Shown here: positions 18,493 to 27,951 of the stretch, one piece after another
Layout of the letters: each line of letters begins with the position of its first letter
Position numbering within the stretch: the first letter of the stretch is position 1
Assembly: GCA_017537365.1 (NCBI GenBank)
Contig: JAFYKZ010000017.1
Location: forward strand, 356-64,355
Length of the DNA stretch: 64,000 nucleotides
Direction of reading: 5' to 3'
Source: Clostridia bacterium
GTDB taxonomy: Bacteria; Bacillota; Clostridia; Oscillospirales; Acutalibacteraceae
Notes under the pieces: generated by a model
The model's input: the letters and a program-made list of their open reading frames with translations, nothing else
Told to the model about the DNA's origin: nothing
Database searches by the model: none
Translations under genes and position numbers: made by a program

Positions 18493-18520
18493 GCCTGAGC
18501 CTTTTGGTTCAGGCTTTTTT
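18493..18520 (+). terminator. expression-platform terminator of the glycine riboswitch
   Basis: GCCTGAGCC tttt GGTTCAGGC followed by TTTTTT. The 5' arm GCCTGAG is also complementary to the aptamer segment CTCAGGC (18444-18450). Confidence 0.8.
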
Positions 18521-18548
18521 ATTGGCTAAAAAATAAAGGAGAATGAAA

Positions 18549-20093
18549 ATGGAATTGTTTTTAGAAAAAATTGCAAGCTTTAATGACAGTATTAACAGTT
18601 TCGTTTGGGGTTGGGCAGGCTTAATTCTTTTGCTTGGTACCGGTCTCGTTGCAACTGTTTTTACTAAGGTTTTCCAAATTTCCCATTTGGGACATTGGTG
18701 GAAAAATACTATCGGTAGCCTTTTCAAGAAAGATGTTATCGGTCATACCAAAGAAAAGGGCGCTATCTCGCCTTTTCAGGCTTTGTGTACCGCTCTTGCG
18801 GCAACGGTTGGAACAGGTAATATCGCAGGTGTTGCTGCTGCTATTTGCGTTGGCGGTGCAGGCGCGGTTTTCTGGATGTGGGTTGCGGCTTTCTTAGGAA
18901 TGATGACTAACTATTCCGAAAATGTTTTAGGTATGTATTTCCGTCGCAGAAATGCTAATGGCGAATGGTCGGGCGGCGCAATGTATTATTTGCGCGATGG
19001 CTTAGGCGCTAAGAAAAACTGCAAATGGATTGGTAAAATCTTAGCGGTATTGTTCTGTATTTTCACTATGCTCGCTTCTTTCGGTATCGGTAGTATGGGT
19101 CAGGTTAATAAAATAGTTGCTAATGTTGCGGCGGCTTTCGATGTTAAGGCTCTTTCTGAGATTACTGTTTTAGGCGGAGTATCGCTTTATAATCTTATTT
19201 TAGGTTTAGTTGTTATGTTATTAACTGCGTTAATCACATTAGGCGGTTTAAAGAGAATTGCTTCGGTTGCTGAAAAAATCGTTCCTTTTATGGTTGTTTT
19301 ATTCGTTGCAGGAAGTATAGTTATTATAGCAATAAATTATCAAAATGTTTTACCCGCTTTCAAGGCTATTTTCGTTAATGCATTTAAGCCGCAGTCTTTT
19401 GTTGGAGGAACTTTGGGTGCTGCAATTATGTTAGCTGCTAAGCAAGGATTCAAGAGAGGCGTTTTCTCAAATGAGGCAGGTCTAGGTTCTTCGGTTATGG
19501 TTCACTCAAATTCAAATATCAAAGAACCTGTTAAGCAGGGTATGTGGGGTATATTCGAAGTATTTGCAGATACAATGGTTGTTTGCACTATGACCGCTTT
19601 GGTTGTTTTAACCTCAGGTGTTTTCAATGCAAAAACCGGTGAAATTGCTGAGGGATTAACCGATGCAACTCTCGTTGGCGGTGCTTTCAACAGTGTATTT
19701 GGTTGGGGTAATTTCGGTCAGAGATTTATCGCTATTGCAATGTTCTTATTCGCATTCACAACCGTTCTCGGTTGGTCGCACTATGGCTCTAAGGCTTGGG
19801 AATATTTATTTGGTGCTAAGACCACTATTATCTTCAAAATAATCCATGTTTGCACCGTTATTTTCGGCGCAATACTTACTTCTTCATTAGCTTGGGATAT
19901 TTCAGATACCTTTAACGGTCTTATGATGATGCCTAACTTAATCGGTGTTCTGGTTATGTTCCCATTAGTTGTTAAGATAACAAACAACTATGTTGGCAGA
20001 AAAATTAAAGGCAAGGAAATCTCTCCTGTTGTTTCCTATGATAAGAATATAGAAGAAGCTTATGCCGAGGAAATCGCTAATGACGGCAAATAA
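18549..20093 (+). CDS. alanine/glycine:cation symporter (AGCS family, sodium:alanine symporter)
   Basis: Polytopic, ~514 aa, with ISPFQALCTALAATVGTGNIAGVA and FSNEAGLGS motifs. ATG 18549 is 7 nt after AGGAG; the track ATG 18543 is too close to the SD. Confidence 0.88.
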   Translation: MELFLEKIASFNDSINSFVWGWAGLILLLGTGLVATVFTKVFQISHLGHWWKNTIGSLFKKDVIGHTKEKGAISPFQALCTALAATVGTGNIAGVAAAICVGGAGAVFWMWVAAFLGMMTNYSENVLGMYFRRRNANGEWSGGAMYYLRDGLGAKKNCKWIGKILAVLFCIFTMLASFGIGSMGQVNKIVANVAAAFDVKALSEITVLGGVSLYNLILGLVVMLLTALITLGGLKRIASVAEKIVPFMVVLFVAGSIVIIAINYQNVLPAFKAIFVNAFKPQSFVGGTLGAAIMLAAKQGFKRGVFSNEAGLGSSVMVHSNSNIKEPVKQGMWGIFEVFADTMVVCTMTALVVLTSGVFNAKTGEIAEGLTDATLVGGAFNSVFGWGNFGQRFIAIAMFLFAFTTVLGWSHYGSKAWEYLFGAKTTIIFKIIHVCTVIFGAILTSSLAWDISDTFNGLMMMPNLIGVLVMFPLVVKITNNYVGRKIKGKEISPVVSYDKNIEEAYAEEIANDGK

Positions 20094-20107
20094 TTAAATA
20101 CATAATT

Positions 20108-20138
20108 CAAACCCCCTCCTAAATCAGGAGGGGGTTTG
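20108..20138. terminator. hairpin between convergent genes (bidirectional terminator candidate)
   Basis: CAAACCCCCTCCT aaatc AGGAGGGGGTTTG, 13 bp perfect stem. U-tracts are weak on both strands. Confidence 0.55.
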
Positions 20139-20157
20139 CTAAATATTTATATTAAAA

Positions 20158-20928
20158 TTATTTTCTTATTTTTTTGCAAAACTGGGTGCAAAGCTTATCG
20201 GTACATTCGGAGCATTTGAGCGAAGCATTTGTTTTCTCCCAGAAACGCTCAGGAAACATCATAACGCATAATTCCCATAATACCCAAACTATAAATGCCA
20301 TAACAATAAGAGATACCGAATAAAAACTGTTAACAAAAAGCATAGGGGTAAACATCATCATATGGTCCCAATTAAAAATGCGGCAGGTGGTGCAGCAACG
20401 GGAACCAACAAGAATTCTGAAAGGGCACCAAATAAGCACGCAGATTAAATCGCCAACATAGAAAGCCACGCTTATTAAGAATAGATGCTCGGTTTTAAGA
20501 ATATCGAAATATTTAAGAACGCCCAATACTAAAATTGCGGGCAACCAAATCAAAAACACTTTATAAGCTGAAATGGTTGTTGCAATAATATGCTTTCTTA
20601 AAGCGCTATAATTAATTTTTTCGCGAATTGGTTTAAAATGCTGTTTAAAAAGCTTTTGAGAGCCTAACGGAATATGCTTTTTCATAGGAATTACCTGCAT
20701 AAGCATATCGAAAATCCAAATCGCCCAAAGAATATGAAATGGCGAAAATTGGGTAAAGAAATTTGCGCCGTATAATACTTTGAAATAATCAGGCTTAAAA
20801 ATATAAAGCAAAACTGAGCCGATAAATACTAATATGCGAAAAACAAGTCTTGCAAAATAGGCTCTTCGCATTTTAGACATAGGCGGTTTTTTGCGTTTTA
20901 CAACAGCTTTTGGTTTAGTTTCTACCAT
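20158..20928 (-). CDS. hypothetical polytopic membrane protein with Cys-rich segments
   Basis: 256 aa with a basic N-terminus, ~6 hydrophobic helices, and CCTTCRIFNWDH and CSECTDKLCTQFC motifs. No family recognised. Confidence 0.7.
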   Translation of the reverse strand: MVETKPKAVVKRKKPPMSKMRRAYFARLVFRILVFIGSVLLYIFKPDYFKVLYGANFFTQFSPFHILWAIWIFDMLMQVIPMKKHIPLGSQKLFKQHFKPIREKINYSALRKHIIATTISAYKVFLIWLPAILVLGVLKYFDILKTEHLFLISVAFYVGDLICVLIWCPFRILVGSRCCTTCRIFNWDHMMMFTPMLFVNSFYSVSLIVMAFIVWVLWELCVMMFPERFWEKTNASLKCSECTDKLCTQFCKKIRK

Positions 20929-20968
20929 ATGTTAACCTCGTTTATTAAAATATAAAACAAACATATTA

Positions 20969-20997
20969 ATTTTAATATATATGTCGAATAATGTCAA
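20969..20997 (-). promoter_or_regulatory. sigma-A promoter for the 20158..20928 gene
   Basis: On the minus strand: TTGACA, 17 nt spacer, TAAAAT. Confidence 0.6.
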
Positions 20998-21005
20998 GTG
21001 GAATA

Positions 21006-21041
21006 GATAAACAAAACCGCCATAGATTACTATGGCGGTTT
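21006..21041 (-). terminator. rho-independent terminator of rny
   Basis: AAACCGCCATAG / CTATGGCGGTTT stem with a 4 nt loop. The minus-strand RNA continues UGUUUAU. Confidence 0.75.
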
Positions 21042-21051
21042 AAAAGTTTAA

Positions 21052-22593
21052 TTATTTCGCATAGTCAACAGCGCGACTTTCTCTGATAACATTAACCTTG
21101 ATTTGACCCGGATATTCAAGCTCATTTTCAATGCGCTGAGCAATCTCGTGGGACATAAGAACCATTTGGTCATCCGTTACAGCTTCGGGCTTAACAACGA
21201 TACGAATTTCTCTACCTGCTTGGATAGCAAAAGAGGTTTCAACTCCACCGAAAGAATTGGCGATTTCTTCGAGTTTCTCGAGTCGTTTAATATAGCTTTC
21301 AATATTTTCACGTCTAGCACCGGGGCGAGCGGCTGAAATAGCGTCTGCCGCCTGAACTATAAAGGCGATGATTGATTTTGGCTCAACCTCACCATGATGC
21401 GCGTGAATAGCATTAATGATAACATCGTTTTCACGATATTTCTTAGCAGCCTCAACACCAAGCTGAATATGAGAGCCTTCTTGCTCATGGTCGATAGCCT
21501 TACCGATATCATGAAGCAAGCCTGCGCGCTTAGCAAGTGTTATATCTGCGCCCATTTCTGCCGCTAAAAGTCCCGATAAATAGGAAACTTCAAGCGAATG
21601 GTTAAGAACATTCTGACCATAGCTTGTTCTGAAATGGAGCTTACCGATAAGCTTAACGATTTCAGGATGCAGATTATGAATACCTGCATCTATCATAGCG
21701 CGTTCGCCCTCTTGCTTAATAATAGCTTCAACCTCGGCAGTAGCCTTGGCAACGGTTTCTTCAATTCTGCCCGGATGGATACGACCGTCAAGCACTAGCT
21801 TTTCGAGGGTTGTTCGAGCGATTTCTCTTCTTATCGGGTCAAAGCTTGAAACGGTGATAGCCTCAGGAGTATCGTCAATAATAAGGTCAACACCTGTTGC
21901 GGTTTCAAGAGCTCTGATGTTTCTACCCTCGCGGCCGATAATTCTACCCTTCATTTCATCATTGGGGAGATTAACAACCGAAACGGTCATTTCAGAAGAA
22001 TGGTCAGCAGCGCAACGCTGAATAGCCTGACCTAAGATATTTTTGGCAATACGGTCAGCCTCATCGCGAGTCTGCTGTTCGAAATCTAAAATCTTTACTG
22101 CTTTTTCATGGGTTAACTCACCGTCAAGCAGGTCTAAAAGGTGAGCCTTTGCTTGCTCTTTGGAGAAACCTGAGATTTTTTCAAGCAAGTCCATCTGGCT
22201 TTGCTTAATACGGTCGCATTCAAGCAACTTTTCTTCAATTTCTTTAGCCTTTAAAGCAAGCTTTTCTTCCTTGGCTTCAAGATTATCGGTCTTTCTGTCA
22301 AGTGTTTCTTCTTTTTGTTGGATACGGTGCTCCTGACGCTGAACTTCTGAACGGCGTTCACGGAGGTCTTTTTCGGTATCCTGACGAAGTTGATGAATTT
22401 CATCCTTTGCTTCGAGCAAAGCTTCTTTTTTTCTTTGTTCGGCGTTTTTTATAGCTTCGCTTAAAATTCGGTTTGCTTCTTCTTCGGCAGAGCCAATGGC
22501 AGCCTCAGCAGATTTGCGGCGATGAATAGAGCCTGCAAAAAAACCTATAACGGCGAAAACTATTGCAACAACGCCCCCTATGATATAAGGCAT
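21052..22593 (-). CDS. rny: ribonuclease Y
   Basis: 513 aa with an N-terminal TM anchor, a K/E-rich coiled coil, a KH domain ([12 protein letters not shown]) and an HD domain (LLHDIGKA). Confidence 0.95.
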   Translation of the reverse strand: MPYIIGGVVAIVFAVIGFFAGSIHRRKSAEAAIGSAEEEANRILSEAIKNAEQRKKEALLEAKDEIHQLRQDTEKDLRERRSEVQRQEHRIQQKEETLDRKTDNLEAKEEKLALKAKEIEEKLLECDRIKQSQMDLLEKISGFSKEQAKAHLLDLLDGELTHEKAVKILDFEQQTRDEADRIAKNILGQAIQRCAADHSSEMTVSVVNLPNDEMKGRIIGREGRNIRALETATGVDLIIDDTPEAITVSSFDPIRREIARTTLEKLVLDGRIHPGRIEETVAKATAEVEAIIKQEGERAMIDAGIHNLHPEIVKLIGKLHFRTSYGQNVLNHSLEVSYLSGLLAAEMGADITLAKRAGLLHDIGKAIDHEQEGSHIQLGVEAAKKYRENDVIINAIHAHHGEVEPKSIIAFIVQAADAISAARPGARRENIESYIKRLEKLEEIANSFGGVETSFAIQAGREIRIVVKPEAVTDDQMVLMSHEIAQRIENELEYPGQIKVNVIRESRAVDYAK

Positions 22594-22843
22594 ATAGGCA
22601 CCTCCTATAAGTAGTAGGACGTTAAAGCAATACCGAATAACCGATATTAAGTATTAAATTTTCAAACTTAAAAATAATATTTAAAGCCGATTACGGCATG
22701 CAAAAACATCAGCATAGAGTTGGCTTTCTAAAAATTATGAAAGAGCAGGACCTATGCATAAACTTTAAAAGTTTTCCCTGTTGATAATAATTTTATATTA
22801 GCGGTTCGCCAAAGCCGCTTATAAACATTAATCCATCGTAATA

Positions 22844-22872
22844 ATTTTACCACTTTAAGCAAAATATGTCAA
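22844..22872 (-). promoter_or_regulatory. sigma-A promoter of rny (long 5' UTR)
   Basis: On the minus strand: TTGACA, 17 nt spacer, TGgTAAAAT. It starts ~25 nt after the stop of the upstream Clp ATPase gene and ~250 nt before the rny ATG. Confidence 0.65.
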
Positions 22873-22897
22873 GAAATATACAGTATTTTTTGCATAA

Positions 22898-25186
22898 TTA
22901 TTCTTTTTCGTAACTAATTATAACATTGTTATCTGCCGAGAGGGAAATTACTTTAATACTTCCTTCAGGGTTTTCAACTATAAAATCAACAATTTTATCT
23001 TCAATCTCGCGGCGAATAGCATTTCGAAGTTCTCGAGCTCCGCGTTTTTTACCTGTGCATTTTTTGCTTAAATAGTTGTAGATTTTCTCATCATATTTAA
23101 CTTTTATAAGTTTTTCTGAAAGAGCTTCTGCCAGTTCATCAAGCATTAAAGCGGCAATTTTAGCCATAGAGTCCTCGCTTAAAGGTGAGAAAACAATGAT
23201 TTCATCAACCCTTGCGATAAATTCAGGACGCAAAAAGCCTTCGAGAGCCTTTAATGCCTTATCCTTTGAAGCTTCTCCTTCGGTTTTGCCGAAGCCTAAA
23301 AGATTTTCTTTGTTTTCGCTTCCTGCGTTTGAGGTCATAACAACGATGGTGTTTTCAAAATTAACCGTTCTGCCTTGTGCATCGGTAATTCTGCCATCAT
23401 CCAAAATTTGAAGCAATATATTAAGCACATCAGGGTGGGCCTTTTCGATTTCATCAAATAAAACTACCGAATAAGGCTTTCTTCTAACCTTTTCGGTTAG
23501 CTGACCTGCCTCATCAAAGCCAACATATCCGGGAGGAGCTCCGATTATTCTTGAAACCGAATGCTTTTCCATAAATTCAGACATATCAAGTCTTATAAGG
23601 GTTTCGGGTGTATCAAATAGTTGCTCGGATAAAACCTTAACTAGCTGAGTTTTGCCGACACCTGTAGGACCTACGAAAATAAAGGAAGCAGGGTGGTGGA
23701 GCTTGCCTGTTTTAACGCGGGAGCGTTTAACTGCATTTGCAACCAGCTTAGTAGCCTCGCTTTGACCTATAATTTTTTCATTTAAGCGAATTTCAAGCTC
23801 GGATAACTTTTTAAGGTCGCTTTCTTGCACCTTAGTTGCAGGGATACCTGTCCAAAGCTCGATAACCTTTGCTATGTCGGCATCGGTAACGATTATATCT
23901 GAAACCTGTGTGCATAACTCGTCGGCTTTTTTGCGGTATTTTTCAAGCTCGATTTTAACAAGCGCCTGTTTTTCATAATCAGGGTTTTCAATATCTGCTT
24001 CAAGCTGTTCAAGTTCTACTGAGTATTCGGCAACCTTTTTATTAGCTGTATAAAGCTCGTCAATAGCGGTGTTTTCGAGACTGGCGCAAGCGCAAGCTTC
24101 GTCTAGTAAATCAATAGCTTTATCGGGCAAATAACGGTCGGTTACATATCTTTCGGATAAAATAACCGCCTTTTTAACGATACTTTCGGGTATAGTTACA
24201 TTATGGAAGCCTTCATAATAGCTTTTAACTCCCATTAAAATTTCTTCTGCCTCAGCGAGTGAGGGCTCTTCGATTGTTACAGGTTGGAAACGGCGTTCAA
24301 GCGCGGCATCCTTTTCGATATATTTGCGGTATTCCTTAAAGGTTGTAGCGCCTATAACCTGAATTTCTCCGCGAGAAAGTGCAGGCTTTAAAATGTTTGC
24401 GGCATTCATAGAGCCTTCGGCGGAATCACCGGCTCCCACTAAATTATGAATTTCATCAATAAACAATATAATGTTTCCTGCCGCCTTAACCTCATCAACA
24501 AGACCTTTAACGCGGCTTTCAAACTGACCTCTGAACTGAGTTCCCGCAACGAGTCCCGTAAGGTCTAAAAGATGGATTTCTTTATCTAAAAGTCTTGCAG
24601 GCGCAGTGCCGTTTGCAATTTGAAAAGCGAGACCTTCTGCAATAGCGGTTTTGCCCACACCAGGTTCACCGATAAGGCAAGGGTTATTCTTAGTGCGGCG
24701 AGATAATATTTGGATAGTTCGGTATAGCTCTTTATCTCTGCCAATAACAACATCTATTTTGCCTGATTTGGCTTTCTCGGTTAAATTAGAGCAATATTGC
24801 TCTAAAAATCTGCGGCGTTTTTTCTTATGCTTTTCTTTTTCCTCAGTTTTTTCTTTTTTATCGGTGTCTTCCTTTTCTTTTGCTTCGCCGCCGAAAATTT
24901 TGCTTAAAAAGGGCATAGCAGGGGCGGTGCCTAAATCAAAGGTTTCGTCGTTCAAAAGAGAATCCTCGTTATCCTCGTCGAGCGCCATAAGGTCCATAAA
25001 CTGCTCGCTCATTTGCTCGATATCTTCATCTGAGATGTTCATTCTTTTGAGCATATCGTCAACCGGCTTGATACCCATTTCCTTAGCGCAAACAAGACAA
25101 AGTCCGTTAGGCTCGGCATTTGGGTTAGACATATCGGAAACGAAAACCACAGCGGGTCGTTTTTTGCATTTGTAACAAAGTTTCAT
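22898..25186 (-). CDS. Clp-type AAA+ ATPase with two nucleotide-binding domains and a non-canonical N-terminus
   Basis: Walker A motifs GEPGVGKT and GPTGVGKT, a short UVR-like coiled coil, and an LLGFG (ClpP-docking-like) loop. The N-terminus is CYKC...CLVC followed by an acidic then K/E/R-rich linker, instead of Clp_N repeats. Confidence 0.88.
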   Translation of the reverse strand: MKLCYKCKKRPAVVFVSDMSNPNAEPNGLCLVCAKEMGIKPVDDMLKRMNISDEDIEQMSEQFMDLMALDEDNEDSLLNDETFDLGTAPAMPFLSKIFGGEAKEKEDTDKKEKTEEKEKHKKKRRRFLEQYCSNLTEKAKSGKIDVVIGRDKELYRTIQILSRRTKNNPCLIGEPGVGKTAIAEGLAFQIANGTAPARLLDKEIHLLDLTGLVAGTQFRGQFESRVKGLVDEVKAAGNIILFIDEIHNLVGAGDSAEGSMNAANILKPALSRGEIQVIGATTFKEYRKYIEKDAALERRFQPVTIEEPSLAEAEEILMGVKSYYEGFHNVTIPESIVKKAVILSERYVTDRYLPDKAIDLLDEACACASLENTAIDELYTANKKVAEYSVELEQLEADIENPDYEKQALVKIELEKYRKKADELCTQVSDIIVTDADIAKVIELWTGIPATKVQESDLKKLSELEIRLNEKIIGQSEATKLVANAVKRSRVKTGKLHHPASFIFVGPTGVGKTQLVKVLSEQLFDTPETLIRLDMSEFMEKHSVSRIIGAPPGYVGFDEAGQLTEKVRRKPYSVVLFDEIEKAHPDVLNILLQILDDGRITDAQGRTVNFENTIVVMTSNAGSENKENLLGFGKTEGEASKDKALKALEGFLRPEFIARVDEIIVFSPLSEDSMAKIAALMLDELAEALSEKLIKVKYDEKIYNYLSKKCTGKKRGARELRNAIRREIEDKIVDFIVENPEGSIKVISLSADNNVIISYEKE

Positions 25187-25214
25187 TTTTTAAAAGTTCC
25201 TCCGGAAATCTAAA

Positions 25215-25907
25215 TTAAATATAAAACGGAAAATATTCCGCGAAAATACGATATAAAAAGGATTTTTCTATTAAATCACGGGTGAAAATCCAAAAACCAT
25301 TTTTTGTGAAAGATAATAAAAGATAAAAAATAATCAGGATAAAAGTAACTAAAAGCAAACCTTTTATAAGTCCTATGATTGAACCTAAAAATCTATTTAT
25401 TTTTCCAACAACGCTGAAAGAAAAGAGTTTATTAACCCATTTTGAAACGGGTTTAATTATAAAAAGCCCGAGTACCCAAATGAGAAGACTTATTATTGCA
25501 GATAAAAGTCTCACGGTTATGGGCTTTACAATTTCATTTGATATTTTAATTGCAGTTTCTTCGGTTTTGGCTTCTAAATTTCGGTCGGCTTTTTGCTTAA
25601 ATTCTTCAATTTCGGGTTTTAAGGTTTCTTTAATGGGTTTTAAAACATTTGGTATGCTATTTAAAATATCCTCGGTGAAATTTGAGGCTTTTAAATCGGC
25701 AGTTTCGGTTATTTCAGTTACAAGTTTAGGCTCTATCATTTTATCATATATGCCGTTTGCAATGGGTGAACTGATTGTAAAGGATAAAATTGCTATACTC
25801 AAAAAGCATACAGCTTCCATAAAGGTTAGCATAAAGCCTTTTTTAGCCGAAATTATCATTAATAAAATTATAATTAAAAGAAACGCTAGGTCTAAAATTA
25901 TACCCAT
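25215..25907 (-). CDS. cvpA: CvpA family membrane protein
   Basis: 230 aa. N-terminal LDLAFLLIIILLMIISAKKGF and a multi-TM architecture resemble CvpA. Confidence 0.6.
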   Translation of the reverse strand: MGIILDLAFLLIIILLMIISAKKGFMLTFMEAVCFLSIAILSFTISSPIANGIYDKMIEPKLVTEITETADLKASNFTEDILNSIPNVLKPIKETLKPEIEEFKQKADRNLEAKTEETAIKISNEIVKPITVRLLSAIISLLIWVLGLFIIKPVSKWVNKLFSFSVVGKINRFLGSIIGLIKGLLLVTFILIIFYLLLSFTKNGFWIFTRDLIEKSFLYRIFAEYFPFYI

Positions 25908-25909
25908 AA

Positions 25910-27190
25910 TTATTCCTGTTCTAATTTGTATTTATTTATAGAATTATCGCTTATAACTGCAACGGTGTTTGAAGAGGTTACCGAAATTCTGACCGCGCCG
26001 AAATCGCAGTTTGCTTTTCTTAAAATTTCGCCCTCGTTTCCTAATAGATACAGGTCGGTTTCACTCATTAGGTAGGTATGACTTCCCGATAGGGCAATAT
26101 CGCTTATAACACCTGTAAAATCAAATTTATATTTAACTTTACCGCTATTTGAGAATAAAACAATATGATTTGCGGTTTTATCGTTCAAGCGGTTAAAAAC
26201 AACAACAAATCCGTTCTTTTCCGAGCGGAAAAGGGCGATTTTAAAGTCGCTTTTATATTCATTTGCTTTAAAGCTTGACCATTTTATAAATTTAACCGAG
26301 TTTTCGGTTACAACGGCTAGTCTGTTTTTGCTGTTATCAAGAGAATAAATAAGTCCGTTATCAAAGTTTTCGGTATAAAGAGGGGTTGCAGATTTATAAT
26401 TCAAGATACTTAAAGTTGATTTAAACTGACCGTTTTCAGATTTAAAAGAGGAAACCGCAAGTTTTTTGCCGTTTTTTGACAAAGCAATATTATTTACTAT
26501 GTTTTCTGCCGAATACCATTCGTAAATCTGTTTGCCTTGTTTATTAAAAACGGTAACCTTGCAGGCGTATTTATCTGATTTTGAGCATATAGCATAGTTT
26601 CCTTTTTCTGAAATTGCGGCGGTTATTATATTAGTCTTTGTGGTGATTTCGTTTTTTAGTCCGTTAAGATTAAAAACAAAGGCTCGGTTTCCGTTTTGCT
26701 CGAAAACAATAGCATTTGAAACCGATGTTTTTAAAATCGGGTTTTCGAATCCATGAGGATATGAAAAAACGGTTTTTCCTGCGCTCGAAACCGCAGTTAA
26801 ATGGGTATCGCTTAAAACATAATAATAGTTGCCCTTATTTGCGGTGTTTAAAGTTCGGTTTCCTTCAAGGCTTACGGGATAGCTTCCTGTTCCCATTAAA
26901 GAGATGGTTTGAGAAACTGTTTCGAAAACACCTTTGGGTAATATAAACTCAAAAACTGAAAAAACAACTGCAATAATCAAGATGGCGCAAAGCGTTGCTC
27001 TTAGCCTTCTTTTTTGCTCTGTTTTTTTGCCTCTTACCACCTTCATATTCTGTTTTGCGGTTTTGCGGTAGTGTTCGGCAGGGGTCATTTTAATGTTTTC
27101 ACTTTTTTCCGCTTTCAGAGGTTTCTTAGGTTTTGGCGCGGAAAAAAGTTTGTTATGCTTTTTCTTTCTGTAATCAGGCATAATTTTCAC
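25910..27190 (-). CDS. hypothetical single-pass membrane protein with beta-rich ectodomain (possibly DUF5711-like)
   Basis: 426 aa with a basic N-terminal tail, one TM (LCAILIIAVVFSVFEFIL), then repetitive short-strand sequence suggestive of a propeller-like fold. The family assignment is from memory only. Confidence 0.6.
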   Translation of the reverse strand: MKIMPDYRKKKHNKLFSAPKPKKPLKAEKSENIKMTPAEHYRKTAKQNMKVVRGKKTEQKRRLRATLCAILIIAVVFSVFEFILPKGVFETVSQTISLMGTGSYPVSLEGNRTLNTANKGNYYYVLSDTHLTAVSSAGKTVFSYPHGFENPILKTSVSNAIVFEQNGNRAFVFNLNGLKNEITTKTNIITAAISEKGNYAICSKSDKYACKVTVFNKQGKQIYEWYSAENIVNNIALSKNGKKLAVSSFKSENGQFKSTLSILNYKSATPLYTENFDNGLIYSLDNSKNRLAVVTENSVKFIKWSSFKANEYKSDFKIALFRSEKNGFVVVFNRLNDKTANHIVLFSNSGKVKYKFDFTGVISDIALSGSHTYLMSETDLYLLGNEGEILRKANCDFGAVRISVTSSNTVAVISDNSINKYKLEQE

Positions 27191-27191
27191 C

Positions 27192-27914
27192 TTAGTAATA
27201 TACTTTCTCTAATATTAGTCCCTGTGCAGGTGCGGTCATACCAACACTTTCTCTTTTTTTGGTTTCAAATACGGTAACTGGTATATCGGCAGGCAGTTTC
27301 CCGTCAGACACATCAACCGCTGTTCCAACGATAATTCTAACCATATTATATAAGAAACCGTTTCCTGTAACCGAAAGGGAGATGATATCGCCTTCTTTTT
27401 TAACAAAGCAATCGGTTATGGTGCGAACAGTATCGTCCACAGTTCTTCCTGAGGCGGAAAATGCAAAAAAATCATGAGTTCCGATTAGGTTTTTGCAAAA
27501 TGCGTTCATTTTTTCAATATCTAACTGCCTTTCTATCTGCCAAGTGAAAGGGGAGAGGAAGGCATCCTTTTTATTTGAATTTAAAATGCGGTAAACATAG
27601 GTTTTGCCCTTGCAGTTATACCTTGCGTGGAAATCGGATGGAACATCTTTAACATCGGTTACCGCAATATCGGGCGGCAAAAGGGCATTTAATCCTCTGA
27701 GAAAAGCCGAGTGGGGTATATTTTCTTCAATATCAAGATGGCAACAAAATTCTCTTGCGTGCACACCGGTATCGGTTCGGCTGCAAGCAGTAACCTTTGC
27801 GGGTTTTCCTAAAAGCTTAAAAAGGGCGTTTTCAAATGCTTCTTGAACGGTTAAAGCGTTCGATTGAATTTGCCAACCGTGGTAAGCTGAGCCATTATAA
27901 CTTAAAGTCAACAA
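27192..27914 (-). CDS. truA: tRNA pseudouridine(38-40) synthase
   Basis: LTLSYNGSAYHGWQIQ, CSRTDTGVHA (catalytic Asp) and FLYNMVRIIVG motifs. The start codon is uncertain (see findings). Confidence 0.9.
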   Translation of the reverse strand: MLTLSYNGSAYHGWQIQSNALTVQEAFENALFKLLGKPAKVTACSRTDTGVHAREFCCHLDIEENIPHSAFLRGLNALLPPDIAVTDVKDVPSDFHARYNCKGKTYVYRILNSNKKDAFLSPFTWQIERQLDIEKMNAFCKNLIGTHDFFAFSASGRTVDDTVRTITDCFVKKEGDIISLSVTGNGFLYNMVRIIVGTAVDVSDGKLPADIPVTVFETKKRESVGMTAPAQGLILEKVYY

Positions 27915-27951
27915 TATTCTTTTTATAACGGCACACGCCCTTTCTTATAAA

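Noticed and set aside
24651-25941. Long antisense ORFs (24651..25175 +, 174 aa; 25375..25941 +, 188 aa) opposite the Clp ATPase and cvpA genes.
   Set aside because: They have Ser/Phe/Leu/Ile-rich low-complexity translations and no SD. They are the mirror image of K/E-rich and hydrophobic coding sequence on the minus strand, and the sense-strand genes have strong family motifs.
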